From assembly GCA_963693365.1 (NCBI GenBank), contig CAVNZM010000011.1, forward strand, positions 8,235,937 to 8,299,936: 64,000 nucleotides of DNA, given 5' to 3'. Positions 25,952 through 38,521 of this stretch are shown here, in pieces (position 1 is the stretch's first letter; each line of letters begins with the position of its first letter). The notes beneath the pieces are model-generated. The model was not told the origin of the DNA, made no database searches, and was given only the letters and a program-made list of their open reading frames with translations. A program made the position numbers and the translations under genes. Source of the stretch: Amoebidium appalachense. Lineage: Eukaryota > Protista > Ichthyosporea.

Positions 25952-28900
25952 ATGGATCCAAACAAAACTGGTGTAAACAAAATAACCATGTGGAAAGGTG
26001 AAGGGAAGACTGGTCCCGATAGCAAAACCACCTATTTTCAATGGGAAATCATTTTTCTCGGCATGATGACCGGCACTAAAGGTGTCCGACTCGTGGATGT
26101 TGTACTTGCTGACAACTACGTCCCCCCTACCACCGTCGCGGTTGACGGTGAACCCCCCTTCTATGGCTACGGCACTACCGCGGAACTCAAGGAGGCCCGC
26201 AATTGCCTCCTGCTCCATATGATACAGAACATCGACCCTTCCGTCCTCACCACCGTTGCCCAGTACCGTATTGGCATGGACCCTGAACGGGCCATGTGGA
26301 AATTCCATCAACACTACCTCCAAGGCAAACCCGATCAGATCCGCATCCTTCACCGTCAGTGGGATGCCTGTGCCCTTCAGCCCGGTGAATCATTCACCAC
26401 CTACCTGAGTCGTCTGCAGACCATCGTGAACCAGCTCCAGTCCCTCCAAGATGAGTCCATTCACTTCACTCGTCTAGCTGAGAAGTTCTTCAATGAACTC
26501 ACCACCAGAGACGACCTCACCCCTGAGTTCAACCGTCTTATCGAAGACTATCACTTCGGTGATAAGCTATTCCCCGACTTCGAGTCCCTCCACAACCACG
26601 TCAAGGGCATCGAGTTACGTCAAGACCTCAAGATGCAACTCCGGAGCAACCGTGCCCACCGTGCCTCCAAGTCCAGCATGGCATTAAATGCCAGTGCTCC
26701 CCCCCGTGATCTTCCTCGCCGTGACTTACGCAACCGACTTGACCGTACCCCTGGCACGGACCTCCGAACTCGTCTCTCCCGTCAGCACACCCGATCCCGT
26801 TCCCCCCACCGGCCTGCCTTCCGGTCCACGTCTCGTTCCCCCAGTCGTTCCCGTTTCTCGGGTTCCCGTCGTTCTGATTCCCCGGCTCGTTCTAACACCC
26901 CGTCCGTGAAAGCATGCTCCTACTGCCACGAGCCTGATCACACGATCATCGATTGCCCTGAGCCGAAATGCCGTATGTCCAGACACAACCGTTCCCGTCA
27001 AGGCAGTGAGAAATCTGTCTCCTTTGCTTTCTCGGCATACAATGCTAGCTCCGTCCCCGTGTCCTCCGACCCTGCCTGGGATTCCGGGTGCAACATGACT
27101 GTCTGCCCCACCCGTGAGTTCTTCCATGACCTCACTCCCCTTCCGACACCGACTCCCGTTGCTGCCTCAAGTTCAATGGCACCCCCGTCTTGGCCACTCA
27201 CACCGGCCATATCGTCATCAACACCACCACCGACCATGGCACTGCCACCCTTACCATTGAAGCCTACTACACCCCGTCTGGCCAAGCCTTCCTCATTTCA
27301 ACATCCCAAGCTGCTGCCGAATACATCAAGGGTGATTTGAATGATGCCTCCACTCCGTCATTCCTCTTCGACCGACTCACCGGCCATCGTCATCTCGTCA
27401 ACCTCCGTCTACACAACGGTCTGTATTACTTCAAGGACTACACCATTCAACCACCCACTCGTCCTGTGGCTCTGGCTGCCACTACCAGTGTTAACCCATC
27501 CATCTGGCACCATCGTCTGGGGCACCGTGCTATGACCAGCATCAAGGACATGGTGAAACACGACCTTGTTATTGGTCTCCCCTCGTCTGTCCTCGACTGT
27601 GATGTTCCTGATTGTCATGGCTGCATTATGGGTAAAACCACCAAGGCTCCGTTCAAGGGTGACCGTCCTCACTCCAACATCCCCGGTCATGAATGGCATT
27701 GGGATTTTTTTTGAGCCTACCACAACATCGTACGGAGGTTCCAAGGTTGCTCTCGTCACTGTCTGCCGTGCCTCTGGACTCGTCAAGATCTACCCGATGG
27801 CCGACCGTACAACCACCCTGGACATTCTCACAGCTCACACCAACCTCGTTGCTACCCATGCCCCCTCCAAAGTTGGTGTCTACCACTTCGACTCCGGCTC
27901 TGAGTTCACCTCCAAGGCTACCCGTGCTTTTTGCCTCTCCCAGGGCATCAAGGCCAGCTATGCTCCGGTGGACTGCCCTCAACTGAACGGCTATGTTGAA
28001 CGTCGTATGCGGTTCCTCCAAGAGATTGTTCGTTGCCTCCTCCATCAAGTCCAAGATCAGTCTCTGTCCCCCAAACTGTGGGCTGAGGCCCTCCAACATG
28101 CCGCCTACATCATCAACGTCACCCCGTCCACGACTGCCAATGGTCGTACACCATTCGAGGTTTTCTACGGTGTCAAGCCCGACATCTCCGAGCTCAAAGT
28201 GTTCGGTTGCCCTGCCTACACTCATGTGCCAGCCTCTAAACGGAACAAGCTGGCCCCCACCGTCAAACTCGGCATGTATATCGGCTATGATCTTCAATCA
28301 CACTGCCACCGGATCTTCAATCCCACCACCCATCGTGTCGGCCTCTTCCGTGATGTGATTTTCGACGAATCAGCTTATCTCCCGTCCGACATTCCATCAA
28401 CACTTCCGACCCCCGACACCACTGCTACCTCGACCACCCCACCCCCCACAGTTGACACTGAAGATGATGTTTGTCTGGTGTACTCTGGCCCCCCTCCTGC
28501 CATCGTCGTTCCCCCGACACCCCCCCCCCCACCGGCCCCCCTGCCCCCGTGCCCGTCCAGCCTGCCGACCCTCATCCTGCCCCTGGCAACGTCACACCCA
28601 TCCGACCCGGCTCCCCCGACAACTTCCACTCGGCCCCGTCCAGCCCGGAGGTTGCCCCCCCTGCAATTCCGAACTTCCAAGTTCCCCCCCCCCCCCGTCT
28701 CCACCTCCCCCGGTTCCTGCACCCCGTCGTTCTGCCCGTCTACAGGGCAAGGTTGGACTTCAAGCCACCACCACCCTCCCAGTCCCCCCCGGTCCCCCCA
28801 TCAACATCGACCAACTACCCAAACTTGTCCGTCAACTGTGTTCCGGACCCAATGGTGACCAGGTCAAGTCAGCCCTCACTGCTGAGTATCAAGCCTTCGT

Positions 28901-30371
28901 CGACAAAGACATCTTTGAACTTGTTGACCCTCCCCCTGGTGCTAACATCGTCGGCTTCAAGTGGATTGTCTCCGAGAAAACTCTTAACTCGGCTGGTGAC
29001 ACCAAGATCAAGGCACGTGGTGTTGCTCAAGGCTTCAGTCAGCAATACGGTGTTGACTATGAGTTGATTGAGAGCCCTGTCATCCGTCCGGCTGCTCTCC
29101 GTGCTATCCTAGCTCTGGCCGTTGTTGAAGGTCATGACATCCATCAACTCGACGTGTCTACGGCCTTTCTCAACAGCCCACTCACCGAGACCATCTACAT
29201 GAAACAACCCCCGGGATTCATCACCATGGCCACACTTGGCAAGGTCTGGAGACTCAAGAAAGCCCTGTACGGCCTCAAGCAAGCCTCCAAGGCTTGGTAC
29301 GACTTCCTCGACGGCATTCTTCTTGCCCATGGCCTGACCCGTACTAAGACCGACCCGTGCATCTACCTCCGGTTCTTCCCCAACAACGATGTGGTTCGGG
29401 CTGGTAACTACGTCGACGACTCCACCATCACCAACACCCGGGGTTCTACTGCTGCCAGTGACCTGGCTGCCCACATCAGCAAGATGGCCAGCTGTCGTAT
29501 GAGTCCATTTGACCGTATGCTCGGTGTTGATTTTAATCACTCTGATCCCCATCACCTCCACATGCACCAGAGGTCTTACATCATGGATATCATCCACGAC
29601 TTCAACCTCACCGATGCCAAGTCCAAGTCTACCCCCATCCCTGCAGGCACCACCGTCTCCCTGGCTGACTGCCCCCCCCAACCGTTCACCGTGCCCTACC
29701 GTGAGTTACTCGGCCGTCTCCTCTGGGTGGCACGGTGCACACGTCCCGACATTGCCTATGCCATCGGCTTCCTTGGTCGGTTCAGCACCAACCCCGGCAA
29801 GACTCACTGGGACCTTCTCCGTCGTGTGGCCCGGTACCTGCTCGGCACCATTGACCTTGGCATTGACTACAAGTACTCGGCCACCCAGCCCCCCATACTC
29901 GAATGCTACACGGATGCTGACTTTGCTGGTTGTGCCGACAGCAAGAAGTCTACCACCGGCTACATCATCGAGTTTGCTGGTATGCCCATCATCTGGTACT
30001 CCAAGCTCCAGCCCATCACGGCCACCAGCACCACTGAAGCTGAGCTGATTGCTCTCAATGCTGGCACCCAAGAAGTTGCTTGGGTCCGTGACCTCTTCAA
30101 GGAACTCGGCTGCCCCATGCTTGCTCCGACTCCGGTGTACTGTGACAACCAGTCGACCATTGCCATCGTCAACTCCACCGGCATCAAGCACCGTACCAAA
30201 CACATTGCCGTCCGGTATCACAACACCAAGGACTACATTGCAAGTGGGGATGTGGTTGTCCACTACGTTGAATCAGCCCACAACTTAGCTGACATCCTCA
30301 CCAAACCCCTCCCCGGCCCGAGTCATGTCAACCATCGTGCTAAACTTTGTTTGCCGGATATTGTGGATTGA
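25952..30371 (+). pseudogene. Copia gag-pol polyprotein with ~3 frameshifts (~27170, T-run ~27710, C-run ~28690)
   Basis: Zn knuckle CSYCHEPDHTIIDC; protease WDSGC; WHHRLGH...CHGC; integrase WDFF/FDSGSEF/NGYVERRMR; RT LDVSTAFL, KALYGLKQA, YVDD; RNase H YTDADFAG, TEAEL, CDNQS, NLADILTKPL. Confidence 0.95.
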
Positions 30372-30765
30372 CCCGTCCTACTTCAAGAGTGATTTTCTAA
30401 TGTTTACTACTTACTTTATCATAATCATTATTTCATATGTATATTGCCTTTGTGGGTATGCCCACTTAGGGTTTATATATAAGGTTTGACCTGTACCATG
30501 ACTCTACTCTATCTTTCACTGGTTTAAAACCCAGTTAATCAAACCCCGACTATACACGTTATACATATTCGTTGTTTTTGCCCCGGTTCCTTCCCCCCCC
30601 CCCCCTCCCCCTCCCCCCTCCCCCCCTTCTCCCCCCCCCCCCCCCCCCCCCCCCCGGAAAAGTACACACTTTAATTTTTTTTTTTCCGTTTCTGTTCTCA
30701 AGTGGGGAGATTTCACTAGTTCAGTGGGGATATGATAACACAAACTTCAAAGTCTTAAGTGGGGA

Positions 30766-31620
30766 TGTTGTAATACGTAGTATTTACATATGGTAAGATC
30801 TTCTCAGTTTGTGTTATGTTTCAGTTCATATGCTTAGTGTAAATGCCACACTCCTATTATGTAAAGTGTAGCATCGATCTCCGATATGCTTGTATACTTG
30901 TAATCGTGTTGTATCGGCTCTAATCGTGTATTGTAATATCGATTAGAATATTTATATGTGTGTACACGGATCCACCCACTCAGGGAGAGACGTGTACATG
31001 TTCGTGTGTACATAAATATCTCTGGTTATAGTTATGCTATTACTATCTTGTTTGTTGATCTGTGCTCTCTTTTCCTTCCTCTTTCTCCTTCCTTATTTTC
31101 TTTTCTTTCTCTCTTTGTCTTCATGTGTATAATCGTATTTCTTTTCTACTAATATATGTTAGGTAGATTTGTGTTACTTAATACGTGTTCATTGGACGGT
31201 AACACACTTAGGCTACACTTAGAATAGCATGTGTGTTTAGACTTCATTAATTTACTTTAGTTTTCATGTGTTGCCGGGCTTTAACCAATCATCAAGGTTA
31301 AGTGTGATATGTCTGAGTCTTTGCAGTATGTCATAGGTTAGAACTTCCTTGATGATGACACGAGTTGACCTTAACTAGTGTCTGTGTCCTATCGTGTGCG
31401 TCTCCGCGTACCGGATCTCTCTGAAAGCAATTGGTTCTTAGTGATTGGTTTCTATTAGAGATAGATCTGATTTCCGACTGGTCGGAAATCATGTATGGAT
31501 TGGACTTAGAGGAATTTCAGGTATTTATTCGAAGATCCACCGTTCTCACTCCCCCGCGCCGTTTTTTCTGTCACACCACCACTTGTCTCTGCTTACATCC
31601 CAAATATTATACATTTAACA
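30766..31620 (+). repeat. Copia 3' LTR
   Basis: Follows the PPT; TGTTG...AACA; matches the split 5' LTR. Confidence 0.92.
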
Positions 31621-31645
31621 CAGGGGGCGGGGCCCCGGGCGTATT

Positions 31646-31996
31646 GGTTTTATTTGTGGAAATTATTGACATAAATATTTTTCTGGGTAAACACGTAGGA
31701 TGGGTGTTCGATACCAACATAACCATGTAGGCTTCATTTCGTGTTTTAGCAGTTAGCGGTTGGCTGCCCGCACACGGGCACCTATTAGCCAGTCAAAACA
31801 TCAGATACCACAGATCACTAGACCGAGTTATGATTGGCTCGGATCAGATTTCACATATCACTAGATCGATTTTTGATTGGCTCAGATCGGTAGGCTTAGG
31901 TATATAAGCACGACAGTTTTTAGCAGATCAGCAAGCTACAAACACATCTTCTGTGTTTAGCATCCACAGCCTTACAGCTATATATTCCTTTTCACC
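31646..31996 (+). repeat. Ngaro A repeat 1 (promoter: ATTGG boxes, TATATAA)
   Basis: Matches 41410-41760 by inspection. Confidence 0.9.
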
Positions 31997-32041
31997 ATAT
32001 ATTCCTTTTCATTCTCCCTATCTTTCCCTACGCCGGTCAGC

Positions 32042-33211
32042 ATGCCGCCGAAAAAGCGCCAGGCCTCAGCCGCCGCCCCTGCCGCGGCACCTAAGCGCCT
32101 GACCCGCAGCGACCTCCGCCACAGGCTGACCAACGCTCCCGCGGACACTGACGCGCCTCCAGCGGCCCATACCACCACGGACCCGGACCCGCCGGCTACT
32201 CTCCCCTCCACTCCTGAAGTCCCCCCTCAGGCCCCGCCGTCCCCGCAGATGACTTCTCAAGACGCCGTCCTGGCCGCCCTCACCGCCATCAGCACCCAGA
32301 TGGCTGGCGTCCTGGCTGCTCTCACCAACCGCGACCCTCCCGCGCCCCCCGCCGCGCCCTCCACACCCGGGGAGGTTTCCCCGGGGCTGCATCTCGGCCC
32401 TGACCTTGACCTGCCTGCCCTGCCCGCGCCCCCCATCACAGGTGAGAACACTGGCGACATTCAGCCGGGCACACTCCCGCTTCCCCCCGCGGATGTGCTG
32501 GCAGATTTGCGCGCCAATCGTTTCGTCGACCTGTATAAGTTCACCCCCGCCGCCCTCCTGGCCCCATCCAAGAAAGGTCAGCATCTGCGCATGGCCGACG
32601 ACGGCAGCATCGAGACTTTTCGCCAAGACAAACCCGTTCCCCTGCGTTCACTCGTCATTTGGATCCAAGCTTGGACCCATTACATGGCCGCCAAGCACCA
32701 CCTCGGCCTTCCCACGGACAAAGACGTACTTTGGACTCAGCACATCACTCGCCTCAGCACCCGATACCCGTGGGCCCAGATCCACAACTATGACGTATAC
32801 GCCCGCACCGTGGCCCACCAGCAGGGTCGGGCTCCGATCGAGTGCCCCAACCTGCTCGCCCAACTCCACCAGGATCTCCTCCTGCCACCCACTCTGCTCA
32901 TCCAGGACGCATGTCAGCGCTGTGGCTTCCCCGACCACCCCAGCGCGGCCTGCCCCATGTACCCCAAGCCCGGCTGTGGTCTTGACGGCTTTAAGCCGCC
33001 CCACAAGCCCGGCGGGGGTCACACCCCTAACCGCCCTGGCCCGCAACCCGGCCCGGCAAAACCGGCCCGACCCGTGGATCTACCCGCGACGCACTGCAGG
33101 AATTTCCACATTAACGGTCGGTCCTGCGCTAAGCAGCCCTGCCCCTTCTCCCACGTGTGCCCGCTCTGCTCTGGCACACACCCCCGCAAAGACTGCAAGC
33201 ACAATGCCTAG
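32042..33211 (+). CDS. Ngaro ORF1 Gag-like protein, copy 1 (389 aa)
   Basis: Intact ORF with WIQAWTHY, CQRCGFPDHPSAAC knuckle and C-terminal CRNFH...C...CPFSHVCPLCSGTH...C zinc fingers. Confidence 0.88.
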   Translation: MPPKKRQASAAAPAAAPKRLTRSDLRHRLTNAPADTDAPPAAHTTTDPDPPATLPSTPEVPPQAPPSPQMTSQDAVLAALTAISTQMAGVLAALTNRDPPAPPAAPSTPGEVSPGLHLGPDLDLPALPAPPITGENTGDIQPGTLPLPPADVLADLRANRFVDLYKFTPAALLAPSKKGQHLRMADDGSIETFRQDKPVPLRSLVIWIQAWTHYMAAKHHLGLPTDKDVLWTQHITRLSTRYPWAQIHNYDVYARTVAHQQGRAPIECPNLLAQLHQDLLLPPTLLIQDACQRCGFPDHPSAACPMYPKPGCGLDGFKPPHKPGGGHTPNRPGPQPGPAKPARPVDLPATHCRNFHINGRSCAKQPCPFSHVCPLCSGTHPRKDCKHNA

Positions 33212-33492
33212 TCTACGCGCACACCCACACACACAGCTAGAACATAGGGGTTAGGAGCTAGGACACACGAGTACAGGGAAACGGAGCTCGGGAGAACGGG
33301 CCAATAGGGCTGAGTACAAAATTTCGCAGGCCAACTACGGCGCCCGCGCGCGTCAAGAATAAATGTCCCTATACAAAGACGTTTATTCTGGCCACTGCAC
33401 ATAATTTTACTCCCCCCCCCCCCATCCCACGAGCCTCCCCCCCCCCTTACACTCACCTAGCACTCCCTCCCCCCCCCCCTTCTTCTACCGCT

Positions 33493-33607
33493 GTGTCCGC
33501 CCACACCCCCGCGTGCTCGGGCACATTCCCCTGCACAGGGCCCCGCTGCCCTCCCTGCCAACCCTCACTTGGGCCCAGCTGCCCTACTCTAACCCCCCGG
33601 GGCCCTG

Positions 33608-33646
<39 letters not shown>

Positions 33647-35330
33647 CTGCCGGGATCTCCCCAAGGGTACACCACCCTTGCTAACCACCCCTTCCCCCGA
33701 GGCTCAGACCCGGAGGCCCGCCCGCTGCCCCAGCACCACATTGACACCTCCCGCCTCCGGGAACTGCTGGCCTCCTACCCGGACCAACCATTCGCCGCAC
33801 AACTCCTCCACGATGTCGAATTCGGCGTCGACATCGGCTATCGCGGCCCCTCCACCTCTCGGGTGGGCCCCAACCTACCCACCACCCCGGAGGCAGCTGC
33901 CGCTATCACGGTGGATATTGCCAAAGAAGTCGCCCTCGGCCACCTGCGCGGCCCCCTCTCCCCGGCCCAATTCTTTGACGAATTTCCCGTCCACCGTTCC
34001 TCCCCCATCGGCGCCGTTACCAAGAAAGGGAACCCCCCCAAGTACCGTCGAATCCACCACCTCTCCTGGCCCCGGGGTAGCAGTGTCAATGACAGCATCA
34101 CCTACCCCGACGAACTTCAGTACATTCGCGCCCGGGATGTCACCCAACTCATTCTCGACGCAGGCCCCGGCTGCTACATGGCCGTGGCAGATGTGCAGGC
34201 TGCCTTCCGGCACATGCCCATCCGACCGGAAGACCACCACTTAATGGCATTCAAATGGCAAGGGCATTTTTACGTTGAAACCAGACTGCCCTTCGGCCTG
34301 AAATCTAGCCCAGCCATCTGGGAACGGATCGCGGCCACCCTACAGTGGCTGGCACACCAGCACGGTATTACCCTCATCCGCCACTACGTAGACGACTGGA
34401 TTATAGTCGCCCCCACACAACAGCAGTGCCAACGTCACCTATCCACCTTCCTGCAACTCTGCCGAGAGCTGCACATTGCCATCTCCGAAGACAAGATGCA
34501 GGGCCCGGCTACCCGTGTCGTCTTCATCGGTATCGAATTCGACTCCATCGCCATGGAGGCACGAATCCCGGCTTCCAAGCTCTCGGACCTACTCGACCTC
34601 ACTTCCCACCCAAAGCCCACCATCACCATTCGGGACCTCCAGTCCCTCCTCGGCAAACTCACCTGGTGTGCCCAGCTGGTTCCCCCCGGGAGGGCCTTCT
34701 CCCAGCGCCTATGGGCCCTTCTCCGGACCCACCCACACCTTGCCGGCCACCACCACATACGACTGACTGCTGCCGCCCGGGCCGACATAGCCGAATGGCA
34801 CCAGTTCCTCACATCATGGAATGGGGTGCACCTCATCACACCCCCCACATACACCACCCTGGCCACTGATGCTGCCGGATCGGTGGGTCTAGGTGGCCAC
34901 TGGCTCGACCAATGGTTCTTCATGCCCTGGTCCCCCTCCACCCAAGCCCTCTATGCTCATGAGGGTAAACTCGGTTCTTCCGTCATCGAACTCCTGGCCA
35001 TCGCAGCCGCCGTGGCCCTCTGGGCCCCCTCCTGGTCCACCCACCATGTCCGTATTTTATGCGACAACACGGGTGCTGTGTCTGACCTGCACTCCCGGTC
35101 TTCCCCCCACCCCGTGATGGCCAAACTTATTCGGTTCATCACCCGCATGGAAATGCAATACCAATTTACGTTACAGGCATCCTACCTACCAGGACCCCTC
35201 AACCATCTGGCCGATGCCATTTCTCGTAACCAACTTCCCCCGGGCCCGACGACTCCGACCTTCCCTGCAACCGGAGCCCTGCCCCTTCCCCTCCTGGGTC
35301 CACGAGTTCCTATCCCTTCCCTTGGGCTAA
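33493..35330 (+). CDS. Ngaro RT-RNase H, copy 1 (homopolymer indels at ~33611-33645 and ~35237)
   Basis: YRRIHHLS, DVQAAFRH, LPFGLKSSP, YVDD; RH motifs TDAA, IELLAI, CDN, NHLADAISR. Confidence 0.88.
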
Positions 35331-36416
35331 CCCCCCCCCCCCCCCCCCCCCCAGATCTCCCGTTCCGGAGCAACACTGGCAGATTGGCCCCCCACTTTGC
35401 TCCGGCCGAGCTGCTTCGAGCCACCACTACCCTGCAGGAATGCCAGGCCCTGAGTCTCAACCTCGACTCTCGGGCCTTTTACTCCCGGGTGCAAAAAGTG
35501 TTCATCGATTTCTGTGTGGCATCTCGGCTGCAATCCTCCTCCGGGTCCTCCCTCCCGGCCTCCCCACACACCGTGCAACTTTTTCTCGCCTGGTGTGCCC
35601 AACGAGGGGTACAGGCCTCTTCCTTAACCGGCTACAATTCGGCCATCACCAGGCTCCACCTCGACATGGGCCTCCCTGCTCCCTACCCCCACGACAAGTC
35701 TCTGGCCTGGTTCCTACGGGGGGTGGGCCGATGGCAGCTTTCTCACAACATCCGACCCCGCTCATCCACCAGGGAACCCCTCCTCCCCTCCCACCTCCGC
35801 CTACTCCATGGCCAGTGCCCCACCAAGGCCTCCTCGGCCAATCTCCGGCTATGGACGGCCCTCATCGTCGGTTTCTGTGGTCTCCTCCGTTCAGGGGAAT
35901 TTACCTCCAAGACCCTGACTTCTTTCGACCCGTCCCGTCACGTTAAACGGAAGGACGTGACCTTCAGCTACACCCCCACCGGTACTTTGTCCCATGCCAC
36001 CCTCCACCTGCCAACCTCTAAGACGGATGTACAGGCCCGAGGTGTCAACGTCACCCTAGCTGCCCTGCCCCTCACCCACTTCTCCCCAGCCCATCTCCTC
36101 CGGCAGTTCCTGGATACAACGTCCGGTCAACCCGACGACCCCCTCTTCAGTCTCGGTGGCATCCCCTACACCAAGAGTGCTTTCTCTGCCGATTTCCGTG
36201 CCCTCCTCTCCCGGGCAGGCCTCTCACCCTCCCGGTTTGCCGGACACAGCCTCCGCATCGGGGGGGGCCACAGCACTGGCTGAGGCCGGGGTCGACGACT
36301 CCCGGATCAAACAACTCGGCCGGTGGTCCTCCGACTGCTTCCTGATCTATACCCGACTTCGTCCGGCCTCCATTGCTGCCACCACCACACGTGTATTCGC
36401 CTCTATTCTTAAGTGA
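35214..36416 (+). CDS. Ngaro tyrosine recombinase, copy 1 (frameshift in G-run ~36260)
   Basis: LLRSGE, SKTD, HSLRIGG, GRWSSDCFLIY; same as the intact copy 2 apart from homopolymer lengths and rare substitutions. Confidence 0.85.
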
Positions 36417-36444
36417 AACCTTTGGAGCAAGCATACTGCTCTCG

Positions 36445-36874
36445 TGCCGTGGTTTACAACCATTGCAGGTTCACTTTCGTCCAAGGGGATGTCCCCCTAG
36501 AGGCAACACACGTCCCGGAGTAGTTTTTCATAGAGGTTTTATTTGTGGAAATTATTGACATAAATATTTTTCTGGGTAAACACGTAGGATGGGTGTTCGA
36601 TACCAACATAACCATGTAGGCTTCATTTCGTGTTTTAGCAGTTAGCGGTTGGCTGCCCGCACACGGGCACCTATTAGCCAGTCAAAACATCAGATACCAC
36701 AGATCACTAGACCGAGTTATGATTGGCTCGGATCAGATTTCACATATCACTAGATCGATTTTTGATTGGCTCAGATCGGTAGGCTTAGGTATATAAGCAC
36801 GACAGTTTTTAGCAGATCAGCAAGCTACAAACACATCTTCTGTGTTTAGCATCCACAGCCTTACAGCTATATAT
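36445..36874 (+). repeat. Ngaro internal B-A junction shared by both units
   Basis: ...TTTTTCATAGA|GGTTTTATTTG... junction. Confidence 0.9.
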
Positions 36875-36919
36875 CCCATTTCCTTTTCATTCTCCCTATC
36901 TTTCCCTACGCCGGTCAGC

Positions 36920-38089
36920 ATGCCGCCGAAAAAGCGCCAGGCCTCAGCCGCCGCCCCTGCCGCGGCACCTAAGCGCCTGACCCGCAGCGACCTCCGCCAC
37001 AGGCTGACCAACGCTCCCGCGGACACTGACGCGCCTCCAGCGGCCCATACCACCACGGACCCGGACCCGCCGGCTACTCTCCCCTCCACTCCTGAAGTCC
37101 CCCCTCAGGCCCCGCCGTCCCCGCAGATGACTTCTCAAGACGCCGTCCTGGCCGCCCTCACCGCCATCAGCACCCAGATGGCTGGCGTCCTGGCTGCTCT
37201 CACCAACCGCGACCCTCCCGCGCCCCCCGCCGCGCCCTCCACACCCGGGGAGGTTTCCCCGGGGCTGCATCTCGGCCCTGACCTTGACCTGCCTGCCCTG
37301 CCCGCGCCCCCCATCACAGGTGAGAACACTGGCGACATTCAGCCGGGCACACTCCCGCTTCCCCCCGCGGATGTGCTGGCAGATTTGCGCGCCAATCGTT
37401 TCGTCGACCTGTATAAGTTCACCCCCGCCGCCCTCCTGGCCCCATCCAAGAAAGGTCAGCATCTGCGCATGGCCGACGACGGCAGCATCGAGACTTTTCG
37501 CCAAGACAAACCCGTTCCCCTGCGTTCACTCGTCATTTGGATCCAAGCTTGGACCCATTACATGGCCGCCAAGCACCACCTCGGCCTTCCCACGGACAAA
37601 GACGTACTTTGGACTCAGCACATCACTCGCCTCAGCACCCGATACCCGTGGGCCCAGATCCACAACTATGACGTATACGCCCGCACCGTGGCCCACCAGC
37701 AGGGTCGGGCTCCGATCGAGTGCCCCAACCTGCTCGCCCAACTCCACCAGGATCTCCTCCTGCCACCCACTCTGCTCATCCAGGACGCATGTCAGCGCTG
37801 TGGCTTCCCCGACCACCCCAGCGCGGCCTGCCCCATGTACCCCAAGCCCGGCTGTGGTCTTGACGGCTTTAAGCCGCCCCACAAGCCCGGCGGGGGTCAC
37901 ACCCCTAACCGCCCTGGCCCGCAACCCGGCCCGGCAAAACCGGCCCGACCCGTGGATCTACCCGCGACGCACTGCAGGAATTTCCACATTAACGGTCGGT
38001 CCTGCGCTAAGCAGCCCTGCCCCTTCTCCCACGTGTGCCCGCTCTGCTCTGGCACACACCCCCGCAAAGACTGCAAGCACAATGCCTAG
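36920..38089 (+). CDS. Ngaro ORF1 Gag-like protein, copy 2
   Basis: Translation identical to copy 1 from ATG 36920. Confidence 0.88.
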   Translation: MPPKKRQASAAAPAAAPKRLTRSDLRHRLTNAPADTDAPPAAHTTTDPDPPATLPSTPEVPPQAPPSPQMTSQDAVLAALTAISTQMAGVLAALTNRDPPAPPAAPSTPGEVSPGLHLGPDLDLPALPAPPITGENTGDIQPGTLPLPPADVLADLRANRFVDLYKFTPAALLAPSKKGQHLRMADDGSIETFRQDKPVPLRSLVIWIQAWTHYMAAKHHLGLPTDKDVLWTQHITRLSTRYPWAQIHNYDVYARTVAHQQGRAPIECPNLLAQLHQDLLLPPTLLIQDACQRCGFPDHPSAACPMYPKPGCGLDGFKPPHKPGGGHTPNRPGPQPGPAKPARPVDLPATHCRNFHINGRSCAKQPCPFSHVCPLCSGTHPRKDCKHNA

Positions 38090-38368
38090 TCTACGCGCAC
38101 ACCCACACACACAGCTAGAACATAGGGGTTAGGAGCTAGGACACACGAGTACAGGGAAACGGAGCTCGGGAGAACGGGCCAATAGGGCTGAGTACAAAAT
38201 TTCGCAGGCCAACTACGGCGCCCGCGCGCGTCAAGAATAAATGTCCCTATACAAAGACGTTTATTCTGGCCACTGCACATAATTTTACTCCCCCCCCCCC
38301 CATCCCACGAGCCTCCCCCCCCCCTTACACTCACCTAGCACTCCCTCCCCCCCCCTTCTTCTACCGCT

Positions 38369-38483
38369 GTGTCCGCCCACACCCCCGCGTGCTCGGGCAC
38401 ATTCCCCTGCACAGGGCCCCGCTGCCCTCCCTGCCAACCCTCACTTGGGCCCAGCTGCCCTACTCTAACCCCCCGGGGCCCTG

Positions 38484-38521
<38 letters not shown>

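Larger units (their letters stand above)
15373..31620 (+). mobile_element. Ty1/Copia LTR retrotransposon with its 5' LTR interrupted by a 9.6-kb DNA transposon
   Basis: 5' LTR 15373-15443 plus 25069-25889 and 3' LTR 30766-31620 (TGTTG...TTTAACA); PBS GGTTATGCAGCCC; PPT AAGTGGGGA; gag-PR-IN-RT-RH order. Confidence 0.93.

Noticed and set aside
33863-36283. 806-aa RT-RH-YR fusion ORF in Ngaro copy 1
   Set aside because: It arises from homopolymer length differences relative to copy 2, which has separate overlapping ORFs; likely a sequencing or slippage artefact.
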